Shown piece after piece: positions 1 to 6,880 of a stretch of 64,000 bases of DNA (position 1 is its first letter; each line of letters starts with the position of its first letter). The notes beneath the pieces were generated by a model. It was not told the origin of the DNA. It ran no database searches and saw only the letters and a program-made list of their open reading frames with translations. The stretch is from a virus, in IMG/VR virus record IMGVR_UViG_3300042888_001055. One strand, given 5' to 3'. The position numbers were made by a program, and so were the translations under genes.

Positions 1-353
1 GTATTTTCACCACCTTTGCTTCTAGGGACAATGTGGTCACGACTTAACAGATGATAGTTTGGAAACTGTTCACCGCAATAAGCACATACATGTCTATCAC
101 GACCAAACAATGTTTTATTAGTTAGTGCAACACATGAATGCTTGTATGGATTGAATCCATGACCTTTAATAGCAATAATGCTACTAGCTTCTAGGTAACT
201 TAATGTACCGTCATTTTGTATACCACCACGATATTTAGCTACAATATTACCCATTGACCAAGCGATGGCATCTTTTGCTTTATAGGTAATTGCGTCATCA
301 TTTGATATCCATTGCCGGGGAACTCCCGAGATATCTAGTGCTAGAACAGCCAT
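1..353 (-). CDS. HNH endonuclease (McrA-like), 3'-truncated by window edge; not in ORF track
   Basis: Manual translation from ATG at 353: MAVLALDISGVPRQW...LFGRDRHVCAYCGEQF...LSRDHIVPRSKGGEN; RD-x3-CxYC and DHIVPxSxGG motifs; SD AAGGAG upstream. Confidence 0.9.
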   Translation of the reverse strand, partial: MAVLALDISGVPRQWISNDDAITYKAKDAIAWSMGNIVAKYRGGIQNDGTLSYLEASSIIAIKGHGFNPYKHSCVALTNKTLFGRDRHVCAYCGEQFPNYHLLSRDHIVPRSKGGEN

Positions 354-400
354 AGTGTACTCCTTTTCTGTTATTATCACTATATGTATTTAATGCCTAA

Positions 401-475
401 TGGCGGGTCCTGCAGGAATCGAACCCACATCTCCAAGTTCGAAGCATGGCATTCTATCCATTGAACTAAGGACCC
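401..475 (-). tRNA. tRNA-Arg(TCG)
   Basis: Cloverleaf, anticodon loop CTTCGAA, T-loop GGTTCGATTCC, CCA end; one U-U mismatch in anticodon stem. Confidence 0.9.
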
Positions 476-482
476 TTAATAT

Positions 483-511
483 ATCATAACATAAACTATG
501 TTTGTTGTCAA
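483..511 (-). promoter_or_regulatory. sigma70-type promoter inside tRNA array
   Basis: TTGACA (511-506), 17-nt spacer, TGn-TATGAT (488-483); predicted start right at the 5' end of tRNA-Arg(TCG). Confidence 0.75.
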
Positions 512-515
512 CTAT

Positions 516-602
516 TGGTGCCCCCACTGAGATTCGAACTCAGATTTCCTTTAAGATACTCCCTTTTGAGGAGAGTGACTTTGCCAATTTGTCTATGGGG
601 GC
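516..602 (-). tRNA. tRNA-Leu(CAA)
   Basis: Cloverleaf with long variable arm, loop CTCAAAA, CCA end. Confidence 0.92.
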
Positions 603-607
603 ATGTT

Positions 608-683
608 TGGTGCAACCTTGTGGGATCGAACCACGTTCAACGGTTCTTCAGACCGCCGCTATGACTACATCAGCTAAAGTTGC
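608..683 (-). tRNA. tRNA-Phe(GAA)
   Basis: Anticodon arm GCGGT-CTGAAGA-ACCGT, T-loop, CCA end. Confidence 0.92.
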
Positions 684-694
684 ATAAATATATA

Positions 695-883
695 ATGTCT
701 TATATAAAAAGATTTATCATTCTTTTCCCCACTCCATTGTTTATGATTATGGGGTTTTTTAATCTGTTTCACGTTAATCCACATATGTGCGGTGGACATG
801 ATGGTCAATCATTTGAAATGACTTTAATGTGGTTTGCTATGTCGATTGCACATTGTAGACCATGGCTTGATTATATAGATTAA
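695..883 (+). CDS. small hydrophobic (membrane) protein, antisense to tRNA array
   Basis: MSYIKRFIILFPTPLFMIMGFF...; two hydrophobic stretches; fills the gap between two tRNAs; ATAAATA 4 nt before ATG. Confidence 0.55.
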   Translation: MSYIKRFIILFPTPLFMIMGFFNLFHVNPHMCGGHDGQSFEMTLMWFAMSIAHCRPWLDYID

Positions 884-887
884 TATT

Positions 888-963
888 TGGGGTGAAGGAT
901 GGGACTCGAACCCACAACCAACGGAATCACAATCCGTTGCTCTACCATTGAGCTACCAACACC
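888..963 (-). tRNA. tRNA-His(GTG), copy 1
   Basis: Loop TTGTGAT, G-1/C73, CCA; two U-U mismatches in acceptor stem. Confidence 0.85.
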
Positions 964-971
964 ATAAAAAG

Positions 972-1121
972 ATGGGAGCCTAGCTATCTTATTGTTAATA
1001 AGCCTCGCTAGATTGTCTCGTATAGGCAAGTTTATACACCCATCAATCATACTATAGTGTCATCACAGTTAACCCCACTGTGATTAGATTGACAGGGACT
1101 CGAACCTATCGTCTATCCCAT
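972..1121 (-). ncRNA. candidate structured ncRNA with T-loop-like motif
   Basis: End pairing ATGGGA/TCCCAT; CCTGTCAATC/GATTGATGGG (2 G-U); ATCACAGT/ACTGTGAT; GTATA/TATAC; CTAGC/GCTAG with CTTATT/AATAAG; GGTTCGAGTCC near the 5' end; no CCA end. Confidence 0.55.
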
Positions 1122-1133
1122 AACTTTGTAAAA

Positions 1134-1679
1134 TTAATTTGTTAAATAACAGTTGAATAATTGCAATGCAGTATTCCAATCTACCCATTCATTATTAATT
1201 GTCTTTAATTTTAAATTAACACACCATCTTTCATTTATTTGATTAGTGACATTGTGTGGCACAGCACCTTGAAATAAACAGGTGCCATTAATATTTCTAG
1301 ATTCTATGATTCTTAATTTAGTATTGTTGTATTTTCTTATAGTTGTAAACGGTGTTTTTATTACCTCGCCATTATATCCATCAACAGGTTTATACCAAAA
1401 TACTTTACTATTTGTACCACCAATAACCAAATTCAAATTAGTTTGATCGTACACATCATCGTCATCAATATGTATACGTGAAGGTTCATACGTTGCGGCG
1501 TAATACAGTACAATACAATTAACTATTTTAATTTTTCCCGATGATTCAACTAAGTTGAATAATTCAGGATTTAAAATAATATGTGGATTAATTTTAATTA
1601 TCTGTTTAACACTTGTTAAATCAAATTCCGTGTTAAGAAATGGAATCGGTAAATTTAATTTTTGAAAATTTCTAGACAT
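1134..1679 (-). CDS. cupin/2OG-Fe(II) oxygenase-like protein inserted in tRNA array
   Basis: H-x-D (IHIDD), distal H (VPHNV) and R (RWCV); start reassigned to MSRNFQK, 4 nt after TATAAATA. Confidence 0.7.
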   Translation of the reverse strand: MSRNFQKLNLPIPFLNTEFDLTSVKQIIKINPHIILNPELFNLVESSGKIKIVNCIVLYYAATYEPSRIHIDDDDVYDQTNLNLVIGGTNSKVFWYKPVDGYNGEVIKTPFTTIRKYNNTKLRIIESRNINGTCLFQGAVPHNVTNQINERWCVNLKLKTINNEWVDWNTALQLFNCYLTN

Positions 1680-1736
1680 TTTGTATTTATATACAATTGT
1701 GTTCTGTGGGCAGAACTGATAGTCTATACTATAAAC

Positions 1737-1814
1737 TGGCACCCCCTCAAGGATTTGAACCTCGGAGTGTCGGAATCAAAATCCGATGCCTTAGACCAAC
1801 TTGGCGAAGGGGGT
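1737..1814 (-). tRNA. tRNA-Gln(TTG)
   Basis: TCGGA-TTTTGAT-TCCGA, T-loop, CCA. Confidence 0.92.
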
Positions 1815-1819
1815 ATAAA

Positions 1820-1896
1820 TGGTAGCTTCACTGTGACTCGAACACAGGACCCCCGCCTTATCAAGACGGTGCTCTAACCAACTGAGCTATGAAGCT
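1820..1896 (-). tRNA. tRNA-Ile(GAT)
   Basis: CCGTC-TTGATAA-GGCGG, canonical D/T arms, CCA. Confidence 0.93.
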
Positions 1897-1901
1897 GAAA
1901 C

Positions 1902-1976
1902 TGGTGGATGTAAGTAGATTTGAACTACTGACCTATTCCGTATGAAGGAATTGCACTACCGCTGTGCTATACATCC
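1902..1976 (-). tRNA. tRNA with CAT anticodon (elongator Met or Ile2)
   Basis: ATTCC-TTCATAC-GGAAT; G1-C72 paired and no triple G-C in anticodon stem, so not initiator. Confidence 0.88.
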
Positions 1977-1977
1977 A

Positions 1978-2054
1978 TGGGGTGCTTGATGGGATTCGAA
2001 CCCACGTATATCGGAATCACAATCCGAGGTCTTAACCGCTTGACGACAAGCACC
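1978..2054 (-). tRNA. tRNA-His(GTG), copy 2
   Basis: TCGGA-TTGTGAT-TCCGA, G-1/C73, fully paired acceptor, CCA. Confidence 0.92.
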
Positions 2055-2055
2055 A

Positions 2056-2145
2056 TGGTAGAAACGGTGAGATTTGAACTCACGGACCCTTTCGGACCGA
2101 CAGTTTTCAAGACTGTTGCAATAAACCAAACTCTGCCACGTTTCC
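2056..2145 (-). tRNA. tRNA-Ser(TGA)
   Basis: ACAGT-CTTGAAA-ACTGT, long variable arm, CCA. Confidence 0.92.
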
Positions 2146-2151
2146 ATAATA

Positions 2152-2227
2152 TGGTGGGACCAGGGCGGTTCGAACGCCCGACCAATGGATTAAAAGTCCA
2201 CTGCTCTACCGACTGAGCTATGGTCCC
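2152..2227 (-). tRNA. tRNA-Lys(TTT)
   Basis: GTGGA-CTTTTAA-TCCAT, CCA. Confidence 0.94.
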
Positions 2228-2233
2228 ATATAT

Positions 2234-2310
2234 TGGTGCGACCGGAAGGACTTGAACCTCCGACTCCCTATTTCGTAGACAGGTACTCTAATCCACTGAG
2301 TTACGGTCGC
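2234..2310 (-). tRNA. tRNA-Arg(ACG)
   Basis: CCTGT-CTACGAA-ATAGG, CCA; first tRNA of the array. Confidence 0.93.
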
Positions 2311-2390
2311 ATTCTAAAACACACATAGTACACCCTAGTCAACAGGGTTGCCGCACAGGCCATACTGTTCAACTATGTATGCTTTAGAAT
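2311..2390 (-). ncRNA. 19-bp stem RNA element abutting the first tRNA
   Basis: ATTCTAAAGCATACATAGT...ACTATGTGTGTTTTAGAAT; both deviations are G-U pairs only on the minus strand; inner ACCCT/AGGGT helix. Confidence 0.6.
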
Positions 2391-2535
2391 GCCCAGTATC
2401 ACTACCGGACATGATAGGGTCAATACCCTACCCAGTAGTCTTACTAACATGTTGTCTCCATGCTTTCATATATACTGTCCGCCCATTCTATACATTTAAC
2501 GCTGTATTACGGCTCTCGTTGCCTATTCACGCTAT
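2391..2535 (-). ncRNA. candidate multi-stem RNA in tRNA operon leader
   Basis: CAGTAT/ATACTG closing GCATG/CATGT and ACTACTGG/CCGGTAGT+TAGGGT/ACCCTA; upstream GGC/GCC and ATACA/TGTAT hairpins; no credible ORF. Confidence 0.4.
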
Positions 2536-2539
2536 CTAT

Positions 2540-2707
2540 TCAATCAGTATAAGTTAGTTGGTTAACTTTCTTAGTAGCCTCATGATGGACTTTAGCACGT
2601 TGAAATTTATCCTCTATCAACTGTGCTACTTGCTCCTTAGTCAAAACATGATTGCTAAACCAATCTTGTTTGTTTTCAGAAGTTTTGTATTCTATCTGTT
2701 CATCCAT
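2540..2707 (-). CDS. 55-aa hypothetical protein (below ORF-track cutoff)
   Basis: MDEQIEYKTSENKQDWFSNHVLTKEQVAQLIEDKFQRAKVHHEATKKVNQLTYTD*; GAGG upstream; protein-like charged helical composition. Confidence 0.55.
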   Translation of the reverse strand: MDEQIEYKTSENKQDWFSNHVLTKEQVAQLIEDKFQRAKVHHEATKKVNQLTYTD

Positions 2708-2728
2708 TTATTGTCAAATCCTCTCTGT

Positions 2729-2768
2729 AAAAGCAAAAACCCCTGAGACTTTTTAGTTCCCAGGGGTT
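2729..2768 (-). terminator. intrinsic terminator (attenuator) upstream of tRNA array
   Basis: AACCCCTGGGAACT-AAAA-AGTCTCAGGGGTT (about 13 bp, one bulge) then TTTGCTTTT. Confidence 0.85.
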
Positions 2769-2795
2769 AGATAAATGTGTTATGATGTTAACTTG

Positions 2796-2933
2796 TTACC
2801 TAGTCCCCGGGGTTCTCTCTTGGTTATCATTTGAACCGCGAATACTTGTTGGATATGCTGGTACAAAGGATACACTGGCTAACGTTAGCCACTGTCCGGT
2901 ATGCTTCAGCATGTTACAAGTTTTATTCATCAT
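2796..2933 (-). CDS. putative 45-aa attenuator leader peptide
   Basis: MMNKTCNMLKHTGQWLTLASVSFVPAYPTSIRGSNDNQERTPGTR*; lies between promoter and terminator; last codons plus stop form the antiterminator 5' strand. Confidence 0.65.
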   Translation of the reverse strand: MMNKTCNMLKHTGQWLTLASVSFVPAYPTSIRGSNDNQERTPGTR

Positions 2934-2988
2934 AGTCTCTTATTTAGTCCTGGGTGTAAAAATTACACCTTTTTTCAATTCATGCTGA

Positions 2989-3017
2989 AGTATAGCACAA
3001 GTAGGCATTAATGTCAA
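2989..3017 (-). promoter_or_regulatory. strong sigma70-type promoter of leader/tRNA operon
   Basis: TTGACA (3017-3012), 17-nt spacer, TGc-TATACT (2994-2989), A-tract upstream. Confidence 0.85.
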
Positions 3018-3044
3018 CACTTTTTTCATTTATTTACCCAAAAA

Positions 3045-3632
3045 TTAGTCAAACTTGTTGGTGTCAATATCTACTATAATATGAATGCGATCATCATTGC
3101 TGTTATTTTCTACTCCGTGCAGTTGTCTATTCATTAATTGGCATAGGATTCCTTTCGGCATATGTATCGGCTTATTATCAGCCGGACCTATAAACAATAC
3201 CTGACTATTAGTTGTTATCGGTACATGAAATCTGTGATATCTTTGAAAGTACAATCCAGTGTCTATATGTGGTATAACTCTACCACCCGGTAATAATTTA
3301 ACTACCATAATGCGTCCCAACTCTTTTCCATTAACTACAGAATAGCACCATTCAATCATGCTATTTATTTGAGGGTACATATATCTTACACTACTATCCT
3401 TACATTCAATAATGTCTGATACAGCTTCACGTGTTCTTGGTGTATTTTGTTCTAATTTGTGTGTCCGAAGATGTGTTGTAATAGATGTTGCAAATACCGG
3501 ATCACGTTTTCTAAAATCCGAGATTACAGTGGTAGAATCCCAATTAATATTGTCAATTTCATTTTTAGTAGAATTGAATAATTCTGTTGGCACTGATTCT
3601 ATTAAACGAACATGATTTTCTTTTATAAACAT
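3045..3632 (-). CDS. aspartyl/asparaginyl beta-hydroxylase-like 2OG-Fe(II) oxygenase
   Basis: GRIMVVKLLPGGRVIPHIDTG...RFHVPITTN...LHGVEN...RIHIIVD. Confidence 0.85.
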   Translation of the reverse strand: MFIKENHVRLIESVPTELFNSTKNEIDNINWDSTTVISDFRKRDPVFATSITTHLRTHKLEQNTPRTREAVSDIIECKDSSVRYMYPQINSMIEWCYSVVNGKELGRIMVVKLLPGGRVIPHIDTGLYFQRYHRFHVPITTNSQVLFIGPADNKPIHMPKGILCQLMNRQLHGVENNSNDDRIHIIVDIDTNKFD

Positions 3633-3639
3633 TGAGAAC

Positions 3640-3659
3640 TATTTATATTAATATAAATA
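3640..3659. promoter_or_regulatory. back-to-back T4-like late promoter motifs
   Basis: TATAAATA on minus (3647-3640) and plus (3652-3659) between divergent genes. Confidence 0.65.
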
Positions 3660-3691
3660 CTATATATATTTGTGTACAAAGGAGTTACAAA

Positions 3692-4231
3692 ATGAGCGTA
3701 ATTACATTTTTTGCGGCCGCACCAGAATCTACCGTAAGTCAATCAGTTACTGAGGTTAATTCTATAGATTGGGATGGATCACCCATCGATGGTATTGAAA
3801 TTGATAGTAATGATAACATCAAGGTTATGATGTTGTCACAACTGAACGATCTAGGTGATACTGTTGAAGAAATAAATAATACTGTAATATTTAATCAACT
3901 TACCCCTTTACTTTATCCAGGAATTTATTCTTTAATAGATTGGCTAAAGAGTACAGTCGGAGCATCCTACATTGGAAAAACAAGAATTGTGGCATTATTA
4001 CCGGGAAAAGGTATACCGGATCACATTAATAATAGTTCATATTACTCTAAGTATACCCGATATCATATTCCTCTAGTAACTCATTCTGATGTTAAAATTA
4101 TAGAAACACTCACATCTACAGAAGAAAACATGTTAGTTGGTAACGTTTATACGTTATCTAATACAATAAGCCACAGTTTTAAAAATAATTCTAATATTAC
4201 TAGGATACATCTTATAGTAGATTTGGCATGA
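3692..4231 (+). CDS. AspH-like oxygenase (H-x-N variant)
   Basis: LLPGKGIPDHINN...RYHIPLVT...SHSFKN...RIHLIVD; start reassigned after SD AAGGAG. Confidence 0.75.
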   Translation: MSVITFFAAAPESTVSQSVTEVNSIDWDGSPIDGIEIDSNDNIKVMMLSQLNDLGDTVEEINNTVIFNQLTPLLYPGIYSLIDWLKSTVGASYIGKTRIVALLPGKGIPDHINNSSYYSKYTRYHIPLVTHSDVKIIETLTSTEENMLVGNVYTLSNTISHSFKNNSNITRIHLIVDLA

Positions 4232-4755
4232 AATACAATTTTCTTTTTAAAAAAATACTAGATGTAGATGATAGTGTTTTAGATGTATTAGAGGATTATG
4301 CAATGTCAGTTGAGTATGGGGATAATCTTGGTTTTTATAAGGGTAAAGGAATCAGAACACACATGATAGAAAACGTGTTAAACGTTCAACCGGCAATAGA
4401 AGCACTTTCAAATATTGTTAACCCTAACGGTTATTTAAATTCTTATATTAATATATTGCCAGCAAATCATTATATTTTTGAACATAGTGACGTGGGTGAG
4501 GGAAAATTCTTCAGTGATAATTTAACTATACACAAAATACATATTCCATTAATAACCAATCAATCATCTGGTCATATGTGGAAATGTTTTTATGAAGAAA
4601 ATAAACAGGTTGCCGTTAATTTTGAACGCGGTGCATCATATTTATTCAACAATATTGACATACATTCAGCCGTAAATTTTTCTTCTAGTGAAGATCGATA
4701 TCATTTAATTCTGAGATATCGACAGGATTCTATTGCAGAATCTTTTTACAGTTAA
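4228..4755 (+). CDS. AspH-like 2OG-Fe(II) oxygenase
   Basis: IFEHSD...KIHIPLITN...IHSAVN...RYHLI. Confidence 0.8.
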   Translation: MKYNFLFKKILDVDDSVLDVLEDYAMSVEYGDNLGFYKGKGIRTHMIENVLNVQPAIEALSNIVNPNGYLNSYINILPANHYIFEHSDVGEGKFFSDNLTIHKIHIPLITNQSSGHMWKCFYEENKQVAVNFERGASYLFNNIDIHSAVNFSSSEDRYHLILRYRQDSIAESFYS

Positions 4756-5891
4756 TCTATCAAATTTCCCATATAATAATAACTAGAATCAATAGACGGA
4801 AATTGTCCGTTTTTCATTACTACATTTGTAGTATCTAGTTTATTTAAATAAGAACTCCAATGATATCTCCATCCCTTTTTTATTTTCATAATTTCAGGAT
4901 GTGTTTCTACTATAATATCAAATTGGCTCATATCATCTATTTCTCCTACAATAGGTTTTCTAACTTGAAATTTAGATATATCCCAGTCCGGGTATATTAT
5001 GGGTTTTATTAATTCACTATACTTATCCCATCGTTCTGTATGTCGACCAATCCATTTTGGTTTATATAATAAGTCTTGATATTGCGGATTTCTTTTAAAC
5101 CATAAAAATACTTGATATGCTCTTTCTAATGCAAGTTCAGGAAAGTCAGGAGTCCAGAAAAAATATTCAGTACCATATGGATTAGTTACAGTTGGTGGGA
5201 TAAGTACCATTGGTTTGTCAGGAAAAGTAGTGTATGCCTTATTGTCCTTAGCTAAGAGTACGGGCTTTTCTACTCCATTGATAACTCCGACCTTTTTCCC
5301 ACGTTCTATTAATTTTATTTCTATATCATTATTACTATGTTCCGGATGCTTTAGAATATATGACATAAAATACAATCCTCTATGTGATTGAAATTTGTCA
5401 TCACCGAAACTATTTGCTGTTATGCCATCAAGCCAATCGATTAATTTGATTTCTATTTCCGGATGGTATGTTGATATGTACTCAAGATCAGGTTTAATAA
5501 TATAATCCCATTCTGACAATTGATTTTTAGCTGATGTATCTATTAAATTTGGGTTATGTATTTTTTGATTAATCAAATTAAACGGTTGTTTAACCATTAT
5601 CTGATCAAGTTTGATATTATTTTGTAGAAACGCCTGTAAAATACAATGACTATCACTACCACCGCTATATTGTAAAATTAGATAATCATATGAATCTCGT
5701 AGCATCTGGGCACGTTGTTTATATAATTCTTTAAGAGCCGTTCTACCTAATAGAGATTTATCAAAGTTTCTCCAAATATTATCATAGTAATGCCATTTAA
5801 TGGGTAAACCTGTTTTAGATTTTTCTAAAAAGGCAAGCATTGAATTAGTAATTATTTTATCACCGACAGTATAATGTCCATACTTACTCAC
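4752..5891 (-). CDS. PP-loop (adenine nucleotide alpha-hydrolase) ATPase, unknown substrate
   Basis: LQYSGGSDSH motif; paralogous EYFFWTP segment shared with 11683-12600. Confidence 0.75.
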   Translation of the reverse strand: MSKYGHYTVGDKIITNSMLAFLEKSKTGLPIKWHYYDNIWRNFDKSLLGRTALKELYKQRAQMLRDSYDYLILQYSGGSDSHCILQAFLQNNIKLDQIMVKQPFNLINQKIHNPNLIDTSAKNQLSEWDYIIKPDLEYISTYHPEIEIKLIDWLDGITANSFGDDKFQSHRGLYFMSYILKHPEHSNNDIEIKLIERGKKVGVINGVEKPVLLAKDNKAYTTFPDKPMVLIPPTVTNPYGTEYFFWTPDFPELALERAYQVFLWFKRNPQYQDLLYKPKWIGRHTERWDKYSELIKPIIYPDWDISKFQVRKPIVGEIDDMSQFDIIVETHPEIMKIKKGWRYHWSSYLNKLDTTNVVMKNGQFPSIDSSYYYMGNLID

Positions 5892-6820
5892 TTAAAAATC
5901 CCTTCAAGCCTTTCTTTATTTGCCATCATATTATCAAGTCTTTTATTAATTGCCGGGATAGATAAATCAGAATTATTAAAATATATCTGATTCTGTGTCC
6001 ATATTTCTTTCGCTTCGGGTGTTGACATAATTGTACTTAATTGCAAATTATATTGTGCAATTACTGATTTTGGTGTGCCTGCAGGAACCATTAATGCAAT
6101 TGTACTATCAATAAATGATCCAAATCCTTTAAAGGTTTCTGCCACCGTAGGGATATCCGGTAACTCGTTAAGTCGGTTGTTATTAACTACTGCAATGATT
6201 TTTATACGATCATTCTTATGCAACATTCTAGCTGTACTTCCATTTAATATAGCAAATTCAACGTGTCCACCTGCTATATCAGTGCCCAACTGACCGGCCG
6301 ATTTATAAGGAACTACCGTAACTTGTTTGCTTCCCAAGTTTTCTGCTAGCTCGGTAGTCCAAGCTTTTACAATACCCGACATACTACCCAACGAAATGTT
6401 TTCTCCTGCATCAATTCTTTTTTGGATATCAGAAATAGTAGACGATTTGCTATTTGGAGCCGCTACTACCATAGATACTGCACGGCCAAGACTTATTACC
6501 ATTTCGAAATCCTGTCTTGTGTATGTCTTGTTTGATTTATACAATACATCTGATAGTACAAATGTGCTAGCAAGACCGCATAACATGAATGTGTTATTTT
6601 CACCATGTTGTTTATAATAGTTTGCCGCAATTACTCCGTCAGCGCCAGGTTTACGGTTGAAAATTAAAGTAGTGTCTGGCATTTTCGAAAATAGGTATCG
6701 CATTATATTAGTAGAAGAACCTCCCTCTCCTATAGCTGTAGTTACTGTAATTACTTCAGCCTGTGCTATACCTATTAAGGATAGTAGTATAATAGTAAAT
6801 ATTTTTTTCATGTAAATCAT
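5888..6820 (-). CDS. tripartite tricarboxylate transporter substrate-binding protein (TctC/Bug family)
   Basis: Signal peptide; NRKPGADGVIA, VPYKSAG, DIAGGHV, LPDIPTVAE, PAGTPK motifs. Confidence 0.88.
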   Translation of the reverse strand: MIYMKKIFTIILLSLIGIAQAEVITVTTAIGEGGSSTNIMRYLFSKMPDTTLIFNRKPGADGVIAANYYKQHGENNTFMLCGLASTFVLSDVLYKSNKTYTRQDFEMVISLGRAVSMVVAAPNSKSSTISDIQKRIDAGENISLGSMSGIVKAWTTELAENLGSKQVTVVPYKSAGQLGTDIAGGHVEFAILNGSTARMLHKNDRIKIIAVVNNNRLNELPDIPTVAETFKGFGSFIDSTIALMVPAGTPKSVIAQYNLQLSTIMSTPEAKEIWTQNQIYFNNSDLSIPAINKRLDNMMANKERLEGIFK

Positions 6821-6880
6821 CCATCTATTTATTAAAGGATTTTGTCTACTATAAATATATGTAACATTGAAGTGAGAAAT

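Noticed and set aside
972-1121. Canonical tRNA or two-piece tmRNA
   Set aside because: No acceptor stem with CCA, no anticodon arm in register, no tag reading frame seen.
502-2216. ORF-track entries 502-687, 1662-1877, 1956-2147, 1967-2185, 1977-2216
   Set aside because: They overlap well-formed tRNA genes; chance ORFs.
2394-2477. Hammerhead ribozyme (GAAA-stem-UA present in a three-way junction)
   Set aside because: The required CUGANGA core is missing.
2348-2988. Plus-strand ORFs 2348-2557, 2558-2746, 2782-2988
   Set aside because: Antisense to the promoter-leader-terminator unit; no plus-strand expression signals or recognisable motifs.
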